The notes under the pieces were generated by a model. The model made no database searches. It was not told where the DNA came from and saw only the letters and a list, made by a program, of their open reading frames with translations. Of a stretch of 64,000 bases of DNA, positions 49,209 through 58,448 are shown piece by piece. The stretch comes from Nostoc sp. DedSLP01 (GTDB lineage: Bacteria > Cyanobacteriota > Cyanobacteriia > Cyanobacteriales > Nostocaceae). The stretch is taken from contig JAVRCJ020000019.1 of the NCBI GenBank assembly GCA_034530875.2, forward strand, positions 32,001-96,000. The letters are read 5' to 3'. The position numbers and the translations under genes were made by a program. Every line of letters starts with the position of its first letter. The stretch's first letter is position 1.

Positions 49209-49634
49209 TTAGCTATCAAGTATCCGCACGATCGCAGTTGTGTTATCAGTGGGGAGACTAAGTTAGGGTTTAAATCCCCAAATGAAGCTTTGATAACTGT
49301 TCATTGTTCAGCTGTTGTTGAATTAATACTTTTGGCTAATCTTTTTGGCATTTTAAACACAAAACACGGTAAACCTACTAACTTTCCGTATTTTAGTCGT
49401 AAAGATGAATAAACGTCTACTGTATTTGGTTTGTATAGTGAATGAGGCATCAAAGAGGCAGTGCGTTGGACGGGTCGGCTTGTAGCAACTGCCGTTATGG
49501 GGCATTGGGAGTGCTGAATTAAGAGTTAGGAGTTAAGAGTTATTCTCCTTGTCTGGTTTGCTCCTGTGCCTCTTATGCCAAGACTCTGCATTGAAAAAAT
49601 GCTTGATTTTTAGTGTTTTTAATGATAAATTAAA

Positions 49635-49651
49635 TAAAACCAATCGGTCGG
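49635..49651. promoter_or_regulatory. Putative TetR operator 1
   Basis: TAAAACCAATCGGTCGG is an imperfect palindrome just upstream of the TetR start; 15/17 match (reverse) to 50840-50856. Confidence 0.55.
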
Positions 49652-49661
49652 AAACGATTGA

Positions 49662-50249
49662 ATGTCTAAAGGTCAAGAAACAAAAAGCAGAATTCTCGAG
49701 CAAGCAGCCGAACTGTTTAACCAACAGGGATATGCAGGCTCATCTTTGTCAGATATCATGCGTGTGACTGGATTGCAGAAAGGAGGAATTTACAATCACT
49801 TTCAAAGCAAGGAAGATTTAGCGCTACAGGCTTTTGAGTTTGCGATCGCCCGCATTCAAGAGCATACTAGATCTGCGTTGCGAAATAAACGTCATGCAGT
49901 TGAACGCCTGCAAGCAATTATTGGAGTTTTTAGCAGTTTTGTAGAAAATCCACCTATTAAGGGGGGATGTCCATTGCTGAATACTGCTGTTGAGAGTGAT
50001 GATACTCATCCAGCATTGCGCGATCGCACTCAAAAAGCAATGAATTCTTGGTTGAATTTGATTCGTCGAATTATTGAAACAGGAATTGCAAAAGGTGAAA
50101 TTCGTCCTGAAGTGAATGCTGATGAAATCGCTACCGTTATGATTGCAAACTTGGAAGGAGCGATAATGATGAGTAAGCTTTATGGAGATTCTATTCACAT
50201 ACACAGGGTAATTAATCATCTGAATCACTACTTAGAAACTCACCTTTAA
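49662..50249 (+). CDS. TetR/AcrR family regulator (LmrA/YxaF/NemR-like)
   Basis: IL..A..LF..QGY..S..DI...TGL.KGGIY.HF.SKE.L and GGCPL.N.A.E. Confidence 0.93.
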   Translation: MSKGQETKSRILEQAAELFNQQGYAGSSLSDIMRVTGLQKGGIYNHFQSKEDLALQAFEFAIARIQEHTRSALRNKRHAVERLQAIIGVFSSFVENPPIKGGCPLLNTAVESDDTHPALRDRTQKAMNSWLNLIRRIIETGIAKGEIRPEVNADEIATVMIANLEGAIMMSKLYGDSIHIHRVINHLNHYLETHL

Positions 50250-50250
50250 A

Positions 50251-50380
50251 TATAGGAATCCGGTTTGATTCTTGAAATTTTTTGCGTAGGTAGGGAGTAG
50301 GGAATGGGGAGTAGGGAGTAGGTAATCTAGCTTTTCGATATGTAGGTCGTTTTTTCACCAAATCAAATATGATCTCTATA
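50251..50380. mobile_element. MITE-like element with GGGAGTA heptamers
   Basis: Imperfect TIRs TATAGGAATCCGGTTTGATT and AATCAAATATGATCTCTATA. Confidence 0.6.
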
Positions 50381-50381
50381 T

Positions 50382-50771
50382 ATGGCACAAATTAAGGTAT
50401 ATGGTTTAGCAGATAAATTAAATCCTATTAAAACTGAGCTATCAAATATTATCCATGCCTGTGTAATTGAGATTTTACAGCTTAACCCGGAGAAGAGATT
50501 TCACCGTTTTTTCCCGCTTGATAAATCAGATTTTTATTATCCACCTGATAGAACAGAAAATTATCTAATAGTTGAAATTAGTATGTTTGAAGGGCGCTCT
50601 GTAGAAACTAAAAAACAGCTAATTCGCCTCTTAATTGAAAATATTCATCAAAAGTTGAATATTTCTGTTGCTGATATTGAAATTACAATTTTTGAAACGC
50701 CTAAATATAATTGGGGAATTAGAGGATTACCTGGTGATGAGTTAATCTTAAATTATAAAGTAGAAATTTGA
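50382..50771 (+). CDS. Tautomerase family protein
   Basis: KRFHRF, IEISMFEGRS.ETKK.L and I...ETP..NWGIRG. Confidence 0.82.
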   Translation: MAQIKVYGLADKLNPIKTELSNIIHACVIEILQLNPEKRFHRFFPLDKSDFYYPPDRTENYLIVEISMFEGRSVETKKQLIRLLIENIHQKLNISVADIEITIFETPKYNWGIRGLPGDELILNYKVEI

Positions 50772-50839
50772 ATTTATAGGGATTAACCAAGGTTCTAAAT
50801 TTACAATAATTATCTAAAATAAAAATTTTTACTATTTTA

Positions 50840-50856
50840 CAGACCGAATGGTTTTA
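50840..50856. promoter_or_regulatory. Putative TetR operator 2
   Basis: CAGACCGAATGGTTTTA upstream of the thioesterase-GST pair; matches operator 1. Confidence 0.55.
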
Positions 50857-50882
50857 AATGCTCAATTAGTTCAGGATAAATC

Positions 50883-51335
50883 ATGCTAGTAGATAATAAC
50901 ATGCACAGACCATTAGAAGTTATATTGGCAATTCCGGTGAGGACTTATGACATTGATTTTGTGGTAATTGTTAGCAATATTGTTTATATCAGATGGCTAG
51001 AGGATTTACGTTTAAAATTTTTAGATGAACATTGGGAACTCAAGCAACAACTTGAGCAAGGATATGCACCTGTTTTAGCTGGAACGGAAATTGAATATAA
51101 ACGTTCGATAAAAATTAGCGATCGCGTAATTGGGCGTTTATGGTTGAGCGATTTAGGTCGCTTAAAGTGGACTGTGAAAGCTGAAATTTTCTCGAATGAT
51201 GAGTTAGCAGCAGTAGCTACACAAAAAGGTACTTTTATTAGTTTGGAAAATCGGCGTCCGATTAGAATTCCAGAAGAATTGGAAAATAAATATTTCCAGT
51301 CTAAAAACTTACTCCTAAATTCTGAATTATGCTGA
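50883..51335 (+). CDS. Acyl-CoA thioesterase (4HBT/hot-dog family)
   Basis: VRTYDIDF..IVSN.VY.RWLE..R and I.YK..I...D. The usual Gly in DF.G is Val here. Confidence 0.82.
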   Translation: MLVDNNMHRPLEVILAIPVRTYDIDFVVIVSNIVYIRWLEDLRLKFLDEHWELKQQLEQGYAPVLAGTEIEYKRSIKISDRVIGRLWLSDLGRLKWTVKAEIFSNDELAAVATQKGTFISLENRRPIRIPEELENKYFQSKNLLLNSELC

Positions 51336-51994
51336 AATTTTACTACAATCCTTTCTCCCCAAATGCTCGCCGCGTGTGGATTACTTTACTAGAAAAAGAA
51401 ATTCCTTTTGAAGGGATTTTAATTAAATTAAATGGCGATCAGTATCAAGAAGACTTTGCAAAAATTAACCCTTTTTATAATGTTCCGGTTCTGGTGGATG
51501 ATGGTTTTCGGCTTGTCGAATCCCTGGCAATTATGGACTATTTAGAAGCGAAATATCCCACACCTGCGATGCTACCTTTTGAACTCCAGGCTTTAGCTAC
51601 AGTAAGGATGGTACAATTAGTTACTGGTAATGAATTATTTCCACAAATCATTTCACTCATTTCTCAAAGTGAAGATTCACCACAAGTTGCACGAGCAAAG
51701 CAGCATATAGATAAAGTACTGCAATTTCTTAGTCAAGCACTTGGCGATCGCTCTTTTTTTGGTAGCGAACAGTTAACTTTAGCAGATATCGTCGCTGGTA
51801 TAGGCGTACATTCATTACCTTATTTAGGTATTAATCTTAGTAATTACACCAAAATATATCAATGGTCTGAGCGTTTGATGCAACGTCCAGCATGGCAGAA
51901 AACTAAATTGAGTGCTGAAGAATTTGAACTATTTAAAGGTAGAGTTAGAACGTTAGTGAGGTTGCGTAAAAATAAAGTCAATGAGAGCAAATAA
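51329..51994 (+). CDS. Glutathione S-transferase family protein
   Basis: SPNARRV...L.EK, NP...VPVL.D, ESLAI..YL and G...TLADI. Confidence 0.92.
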   Translation: MLKFYYNPFSPNARRVWITLLEKEIPFEGILIKLNGDQYQEDFAKINPFYNVPVLVDDGFRLVESLAIMDYLEAKYPTPAMLPFELQALATVRMVQLVTGNELFPQIISLISQSEDSPQVARAKQHIDKVLQFLSQALGDRSFFGSEQLTLADIVAGIGVHSLPYLGINLSNYTKIYQWSERLMQRPAWQKTKLSAEEFELFKGRVRTLVRLRKNKVNESK

Positions 51995-52078
51995 CAACTG
52001 ATTTGAGTTGTGAAAAATATTAGTGTTGGCTGTTAACGGTTGACAGTTAACAGCCTGAGCAAATTGTCAAAAATTAAT

Positions 52079-52846
52079 TTACTTAGTCTCAGCCAATATA
52101 CTTTCGACTTCTGATAGCTGTACCACTTGTGAAATTGTTGGGCTACTAATTATGAAAAAAGGTGTCCCAGCAACAGCCAATTTTTCAGCTAGCTGGATAT
52201 CATTTTTAATTGCGGGAGTGGCGAGAGTGCGATCGCGTTTAAATTTAGCCAAATCTAAATTGAGATTTTTAGCAATATCTAAATACAATGCCTCACCCAG
52301 TTGCTTTTGATTAGTAAATAGAGCATCATGATATTCCCAAAATTTACCCTGTTGCTGTGCTGCCCAAGCTGCTGTTGCTGCTGGCAATGCTTGAGCATGA
52401 ATTGAAGCTAGCGGTAAATTCTTGTAAACTAATCTTACCTTGCCTTGATATTTTGCTAACAATTGTTTCAAGGTTTTATGCGCCTCAGCACAGTAAGGAC
52501 ATTGAAAATCTGAAAATTCCACCAAGAGAAATTTTGATTGAGTTGAACCTGTAGTTGGAGAATCACCAATTACTGTTTGAGGATTTGTTTTTAAATCCTG
52601 TAAAAATTCTTGCCGTACTTGGTTAAGTTTCTGTTGTTGTTGCTGCTGATACGCTTGAACAGATTCGATAATTACCTCTGGATGTTCGCGGATAATTTGT
52701 AATACTTGCTGTTCTAGTTGGGGATCGATGCGGGTAGCGGCTTGTGCAGGAAGCGACCAAGTGAGAAGCAAACATAGCATACATATTGTTGCCAAGGTAC
52801 GCAGAGATTGAAGTAATTGGCCAAACTGACTAAAGAATGTAGTCAT
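52079..52846 (-). CDS. DsbA family thioredoxin-fold protein
   Basis: EFSDFQCPYC, KFW.YHD.LF and GTP; signal peptide. Confidence 0.9.
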   Translation of the reverse strand: MTTFFSQFGQLLQSLRTLATICMLCLLLTWSLPAQAATRIDPQLEQQVLQIIREHPEVIIESVQAYQQQQQQKLNQVRQEFLQDLKTNPQTVIGDSPTTGSTQSKFLLVEFSDFQCPYCAEAHKTLKQLLAKYQGKVRLVYKNLPLASIHAQALPAATAAWAAQQQGKFWEYHDALFTNQKQLGEALYLDIAKNLNLDLAKFKRDRTLATPAIKNDIQLAEKLAVAGTPFFIISSPTISQVVQLSEVESILAETK

Positions 52847-52960
52847 AGAAAAACTGTAAAAATCAACATTCTCTTAGTATTGCCACAGATGTGTAAATTT
52901 AGAACTGCTTGAAGCTACTCTGTAAACATAGAGGCACAACAATGATCGTCCAGAGGTAAA

Positions 52961-53191
52961 ATGAGCCTACATGAAGAAACTATAGCCAAGATTCGTCAAC
53001 TATCCGAGTCGCAGCTTCAACAAGTCAATGACTTCATAGACTTCCTACTGATGAAAAATAACAGCAGTCTTCAGCCCTCTTGGACGAAGTTTTCAGAAGA
53101 AACAGAAATAGTAGAATCAGATTTTTCTGAGTATTTGCGAAATTTGGAAGATTATGAACAGCGTCTCAACAAAGAAGAAATATACTGGTAA
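52961..53191 (+). CDS. DUF2281-like small protein (antitoxin-like)
   Basis: I.QL.ES.LQQV.DFIDFL..K; acidic C-terminal half; GAGG RBS. Confidence 0.6.
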   Translation: MSLHEETIAKIRQLSESQLQQVNDFIDFLLMKNNSSLQPSWTKFSEETEIVESDFSEYLRNLEDYEQRLNKEEIYW

Positions 53192-53417
53192 AGTTTAAAT
53201 GAGCAGACTTGGTATTATGCAAGATTATTTTATTGAGGTCTGTTTCAATCTAAAAGAGGCTCAATAACTCGCTAACGCTGCGCTATCGGCAATCCAAAAT
53301 CCAAAATTGATTGACCAAGTTTGGTTAGGATATTGTAACCTGGGCAATAGCCACACTTTTATTGATGTGATGCCTAGCGTAGGCGTAGCCCGTCGTAGAC
53401 ATCCCTTTTTCACATCT

Positions 53418-55745
53418 ATGACAACAACCATTGACTTTCTCAGTCACCTAAACCCCAGCCAACGCCAAGCTGTCGAACATTACTGCGGCCCTTTGCTAGT
53501 TGTTGCTGGCGCCGGTTCGGGTAAAACACGAGCCCTAACTTACCGCATTGCAAATCTGATTCTCAGACACCGTGTAGATCCGGAAAATATTCTGGCGGTT
53601 ACTTTTACCAACAAAGCCGCACGGGAAATGAAAGACCGGATTCAACGGCTATTTGCGGAACAAGAAGCAATGAAACAACACGGTCAGCGGTTGGATTTGT
53701 TGACAGAATACCAACAAATGCAATTGCGATCGCAAGTTTACAAAAAGACTATTAAAGATTTGTGGTGCGGTACTTTCCACAGTCTATTTTCTCGGATTCT
53801 CCGCTTTGATATTGAAAAATATCAAGACGAAAAAGGACGCCGTTGGAATCGCAATTTCTCTATCTTTGATGAGTCAGATGTGATGACTATCATCAAAGAA
53901 ATTGTTACCAAACAATTAAATTTAGACGATAAAAAATTTGACGCTCGTTCTGTCCGCTACGCTATTAGTAACGCCAAAAACCAGGGCTTCTCACCCCAAG
54001 AATTTGAAAACGAACAACCCAACTATCGCGGTCGGGTGATTGCTGATGTCTATAATCGCTATCAAGATAAATTAGCAGAAAATAACGCTTTAGATTTTGA
54101 CGATCTAATTCTCGTACCTACTAGATTATTTCAACAAAATGAACAAGTATTAGGTTATTGGCATCGTAAGTTTCGCCATATCCTCGTAGATGAATATCAA
54201 GATACTAATCGCACTCAATATGAACTCATTCATTTATTAGTCACTAATGGTGAAACTAAAAAGAGTGAATGGGAATGGCAAAATCGCTCAGTTTTTGTAG
54301 TTGGCGATGCAGACCAATCTATTTATAGTTTTCGGATGGCAGATTTCACCATTTTGCTGGAATTCCAAAATAATTTTGGTGATGGTTTAGCAGATGATGA
54401 CACCCGCACGATGGTAAAACTTGAGGAAAATTATCGCTCTTGCGAAAATATTTTGCAAGCGGCTAACGAACTAATTGAAAATAATACCCAACGAATTGAT
54501 AAAATTCTCAAACCGACGCGGGGGCCAGGCGAACAGATTTATTCTCAGAAAGCGGATAATGAACTAGAAGAAGCTGACTTTGTAATTCATCAAATTCGCA
54601 CTTTAGAACAGAAAAACCCTGAATTAAATTGGGGTAGTTTTGCTATACTTTATCGGACAAATGCCCAATCTCGTCCTTTTGAAGAATTGCTAGTTAAATA
54701 TCAAATTCCTTACACAGTTGTGGGAGGAATGAAATTTTACGATCGCAAAGAAATTAAAGATGTGATTGCTTATTTAAGAGCGATCGCCAATCCATCTGAT
54801 ACAGTCAGTTTATTGCGAGTTATCAATACTCCCCGGCGCGGAATTGGCAAAACTACGATTGATGCTTTAGTGAATGCCTCTCAACAATTAGGGACGACTT
54901 TGTGGGAAATACTCAGCGATGAAACATCAGTTAATACATTAGCTGGACGGGCAACAAAAGCTGTAAATAGCTTTGCCGAAATGATTACCCGTTGGCAAGG
55001 ACAAATCGGTACGCTCCCTGTAACTGAGGTTTTACAAGGCATATTAGAAGATTCTGGTTACGTCCAAGACTTAATGAATCAAGGCACAGATGAAGCCACA
55101 GATAGAGTACAAAACGTCCAGGAACTTTACAACGCTGCACTGCAATTTCAAGAAGAAAACGAAGATATTTCCCTGACAGCGTTTCTGCAAAGTACTGCCC
55201 TCAGTTCCGATTTAGATAATTTAAAAGAAGGACAAACAGCCGTTTCTTTGATGACTTTACACGCCTCCAAAGGGCTAGAATTTCCCGTAGTCTTTTTAGT
55301 GGGATTAGAACAGGGACTATTTCCTGGCTATCGTTCCCTAAGCGATCCCGCAGCTTTGGAAGAAGAACGCCGTTTGTGTTACGTAGGAATTACTCGCGCC
55401 CAAGAAAGGTTGTATTTATCACACGCTAGGGAACGTCGTTTGTATGGTTCTCGGGAACCCGCAGTGCGATCGCAATTTCTCGACGAATTACCAGAAGAGT
55501 TATTATCTACCAAACATGTAAGCCGTCAAACTTATACTAAAACTGCTTCTAATTCAAGCAGTAAGCCAGATACAACGCATAATTGGCAAGTAGGCGATCG
55601 GGTATTACATAAAATCTTTGGTATTGGTGAAATAACTCATGTTTTTCCAAAGGGTAATAATGTTTCTGTAGCAATTAAGTTTGCTAGTATTGTTTCACCA
55701 AAAATCATCGACCCAAGAATCGCACAGTTGCAAAAAGTAGAGTAA
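53418..55745 (+). CDS. pcrA: ATP-dependent DNA helicase PcrA/UvrD
   Basis: AGAGSGKT, TFTNKAA, VDEYQD, VGDADQSIY.FR, LEENYRS, TLH.SKGLEF and EERRL.YV..TRA. Start placed at MTTTID. Confidence 0.96.
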   Translation: MTTTIDFLSHLNPSQRQAVEHYCGPLLVVAGAGSGKTRALTYRIANLILRHRVDPENILAVTFTNKAAREMKDRIQRLFAEQEAMKQHGQRLDLLTEYQQMQLRSQVYKKTIKDLWCGTFHSLFSRILRFDIEKYQDEKGRRWNRNFSIFDESDVMTIIKEIVTKQLNLDDKKFDARSVRYAISNAKNQGFSPQEFENEQPNYRGRVIADVYNRYQDKLAENNALDFDDLILVPTRLFQQNEQVLGYWHRKFRHILVDEYQDTNRTQYELIHLLVTNGETKKSEWEWQNRSVFVVGDADQSIYSFRMADFTILLEFQNNFGDGLADDDTRTMVKLEENYRSCENILQAANELIENNTQRIDKILKPTRGPGEQIYSQKADNELEEADFVIHQIRTLEQKNPELNWGSFAILYRTNAQSRPFEELLVKYQIPYTVVGGMKFYDRKEIKDVIAYLRAIANPSDTVSLLRVINTPRRGIGKTTIDALVNASQQLGTTLWEILSDETSVNTLAGRATKAVNSFAEMITRWQGQIGTLPVTEVLQGILEDSGYVQDLMNQGTDEATDRVQNVQELYNAALQFQEENEDISLTAFLQSTALSSDLDNLKEGQTAVSLMTLHASKGLEFPVVFLVGLEQGLFPGYRSLSDPAALEEERRLCYVGITRAQERLYLSHARERRLYGSREPAVRSQFLDELPEELLSTKHVSRQTYTKTASNSSSKPDTTHNWQVGDRVLHKIFGIGEITHVFPKGNNVSVAIKFASIVSPKIIDPRIAQLQKVE

Positions 55746-55758
55746 TACAAAATTCTCA

Positions 55759-55790
55759 GATCCCCGACTTCTTTAAGAAGTCGGGGATCT
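55759..55790. terminator. Perfect hairpin between convergent genes (dispersed repeat/terminator)
   Basis: AGATCCCCGACTTCTT-T-AAGAAGTCGGGGATCT. Confidence 0.65.
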
Positions 55791-55797
55791 TGTTTTA

Positions 55798-56091
55798 CTA
55801 TATTTCGATTTCTTGAAAATGTTCAACTGTAGGAAATGGCTCGTAAAAATGATGTAAAAGCTTCTTCCATTCTTGATACTCAGGAGAACCTCGAAATACC
55901 ACAGTATGAGATTCTAAACTTTCCCATTTAACAAGTAATAAATATTTATTTTCTACTTCTATGCATTTGTGCAATTCATGAGATAAATATCCATCAATTG
56001 AAGAAATAAATTTAGAAGCTTTTTTGAAATTAGCTTCAAAATCTGATTCTAAACCAGGTTTAACATAAAGGATTACAGCCTCAAGAATCAT
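55798..56091 (-). CDS. Antibiotic biosynthesis monooxygenase (ABM) family protein
   Basis: MILE...L.VKPG...FE..F, Y.LLV.W..LE.H...FR.S..Y..W and VEHF. Confidence 0.88.
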   Translation of the reverse strand: MILEAVILYVKPGLESDFEANFKKASKFISSIDGYLSHELHKCIEVENKYLLLVKWESLESHTVVFRGSPEYQEWKKLLHHFYEPFPTVEHFQEIEI

Positions 56092-56118
56092 AAGCTATTT
56101 AGAATAAATTTAGGGCGA

Positions 56119-57510
56119 TTATACATTTTCCTTTGTTTCTTGGACTGTTACAGATTGCAAAATGCGAAACCGCCAAGTCAAAACTATAGCTGCACAAGCT
56201 AAACCAATTGCTAACCCACACCAAAGACCAATTGCTCCGTACCCTAACCATATACCCAAAACATAACCAGTAGATAAACCAAGACCCCAGTAAGCCAAAA
56301 TACCAATTAGTAGAGGAATTCGCGTATCTCTTAATCCTCGTAATGCTCCGGCTGCGGTGACTTGCACTCCATCAACAATTTGAAAAATTGCAGCTACTCC
56401 AAGCAATTTAACTGCTAAGTTGGCTACATCTTCATTACTAGGATTGTTGATGTCAAGGTAAAGAGAAACAACCGACTTTGGTAATAACCAAAAGATAATT
56501 CCTACAATAGCCATAGCCAAAGCACCCAAGCTAATGCCTGCATATCCAGCCAAGCGAACACCAACTAAATCTTGCTCTCCAGCTAATTGTCCAACACGTA
56601 CAGTTGTTGCTAGAGAAATACCAAGCGCAATTTGAAAAGACATATTAGCTGTCTGCAAGGCAATTTGATGGGCAGCTAAGGGAGTGGTTCCTATTTGTCC
56701 TAATAAAAACGTGACAACTGTGAACAATCCTGCTTCCACTGCAATTAGCCCACCAATAGGCAACCCAACCTGAAAAATCTCCCAAAAAATGCGGCGATTC
56801 TCTTTGGTAAAAGTGTAGTTAAATGAAGTATGAAATATGCGGTAGCTAATAAATTGCTGCTGACTATATATATAGATTGCTAGAGCAAGAAACATACTCC
56901 AAAGTGAGAGTGTGCTTGCCCAACCAATCCCAGCGAGTCCCAAGGCAGGTAGCCCCAGTTTGCCAAACATCAAAACATAATTAGCTGCGATATTAAGCAA
57001 AGTCGCTAACACAACAGTAATCATAATTAACCTTGGTTGAGACAGAGCAGAAAGAAAACTTTTGAGGACAGCAAAACCCAAACCAGGGATAAAACCCAGT
57101 GCGATCGCTCTTAAATAAGTTTCTGCAAGTGCTGCTGTAGCCGCATTCTGACCCAATATCAGTAGTAAAGCGCCTCCATTCCAAAGTACTATTACAATTG
57201 GTATCCCCAACAGCAGCGATATTCCCAATGCTTGCCGGACAATTTTGCCTATCAAATCAGGTTTTCCGGCTCCATAAGCTTCGGCAGCTAAAGGACTCAC
57301 AGCAGAAACAATACCTGTAGTCACTAAAAGTAAAAAAGTAAAGATTGAAGCGCCCAAACCTCCAGATGCAATAGCCTGACTTCCTAACAAGCCCATCATT
57401 ACGGTATCCACAAAGCCAGTTGCCGATTGAGCAATCTGTGCTGCTGCTAAAGGCACAGCTAACATTAGAAATTGTTTAATTTCAGATATTACTCTTTTTT
57501 TACTAACCAT
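56119..57510 (-). CDS. MATE family efflux transporter (NorM-like)
   Basis: 12 TM; LA.P, GFVDT.M.G.LG, LAAHQIA, RVG...G, FQ..DG.Q....GALRG..DT. Confidence 0.92.
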   Translation of the reverse strand: MVSKKRVISEIKQFLMLAVPLAAAQIAQSATGFVDTVMMGLLGSQAIASGGLGASIFTFLLLVTTGIVSAVSPLAAEAYGAGKPDLIGKIVRQALGISLLLGIPIVIVLWNGGALLLILGQNAATAALAETYLRAIALGFIPGLGFAVLKSFLSALSQPRLIMITVVLATLLNIAANYVLMFGKLGLPALGLAGIGWASTLSLWSMFLALAIYIYSQQQFISYRIFHTSFNYTFTKENRRIFWEIFQVGLPIGGLIAVEAGLFTVVTFLLGQIGTTPLAAHQIALQTANMSFQIALGISLATTVRVGQLAGEQDLVGVRLAGYAGISLGALAMAIVGIIFWLLPKSVVSLYLDINNPSNEDVANLAVKLLGVAAIFQIVDGVQVTAAGALRGLRDTRIPLLIGILAYWGLGLSTGYVLGIWLGYGAIGLWCGLAIGLACAAIVLTWRFRILQSVTVQETKENV

Positions 57511-57812
57511 ATTATTTATGGAGTCAATAAAATTATTTGTATTAATAATTCAAGCTTTTTATATTTATTGAAATTTATAATTATTCAGACTTAATCAAGC
57601 CCATATTTACTTAATTTTTGTGTCTTGAGTAAGATAAATTGCATAATTAGACTATTTTTTCAATCAAATAAACTAAACCACATCTAGCTTGCATAATCTG
57701 AAATTGTACATTTATTGTGGGGTGGGCGTCTCGCGCGCCGAATATATGCAAGTTAGATGTAGAACAGCTTATCATTACTATACTTTTTCAGATAGAATTT
57801 ATGAAATTAAAA

Positions 57813-58448
57813 TTAATTCTTGAGTAAATAGATAATCGCAGCACAAAATTCTTCATAATGTCCTCTAGAATTAATTTCACTGTATCCTATAATCAATTCT
57901 TGTCTTTCTTCGTCTGTAATTGTGTTGATAATTTCCAATATTGGCTCAAGAGCTTTTGCACGTAAATCTATCAGTTTATCAATATTGAGTCCGAGTTTAT
58001 CAATTGTTGTTTCACCAGGTAATTGCCTTTCTGAATTATTTGCTGCCAAAATCTGTCCATCATCAGTGTATCTAAAAAATTCCGCACAGTTAATATCTAG
58101 AGGTGAAACAAAGAGATGTTTATCATGCCATTTATCTTTTTTCTTACCACAATGCAGAGGTTCCTTAGGTACTGTATCTTTTTGGCATGAAGCTAGAAGA
58201 TTTGTATATTCTAGTACTAACTCAGGATAAGTTGTTCTTGGCTTTAAATGTTCAATATGGCTATTTTCATTATTAATTTTTCTTCCACAGTAACAGCAGA
58301 TAAAACCTTGTTCTTTTAACAAAGAATTATGTACATCCGTTTTTTGTGGATTACTCAAAATAGACCAACTTGGTTGCCAGTTTTCATTAGCATTGTTTTT
58401 CCAATCAGTAAAACTTGCTGGCTCCTCACTTTTGTTAATAAATTTCAC
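57813..58448 (-). CDS. ptuB: HNH endonuclease, TIGR02646/PtuB-like
   Basis: M..I.K..EP, L..EQ..CCYC, HIEH.KP, Y.NL.ASC, HCG..K and TI..LGLN...L. Its GTG start overlaps the ATPase stop (GTGA). Confidence 0.85.
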   Translation of the reverse strand: MKFINKSEEPASFTDWKNNANENWQPSWSILSNPQKTDVHNSLLKEQGFICCYCGRKINNENSHIEHLKPRTTYPELVLEYTNLLASCQKDTVPKEPLHCGKKKDKWHDKHLFVSPLDINCAEFFRYTDDGQILAANNSERQLPGETTIDKLGLNIDKLIDLRAKALEPILEIINTITDEERQELIIGYSEINSRGHYEEFCAAIIYLLKN

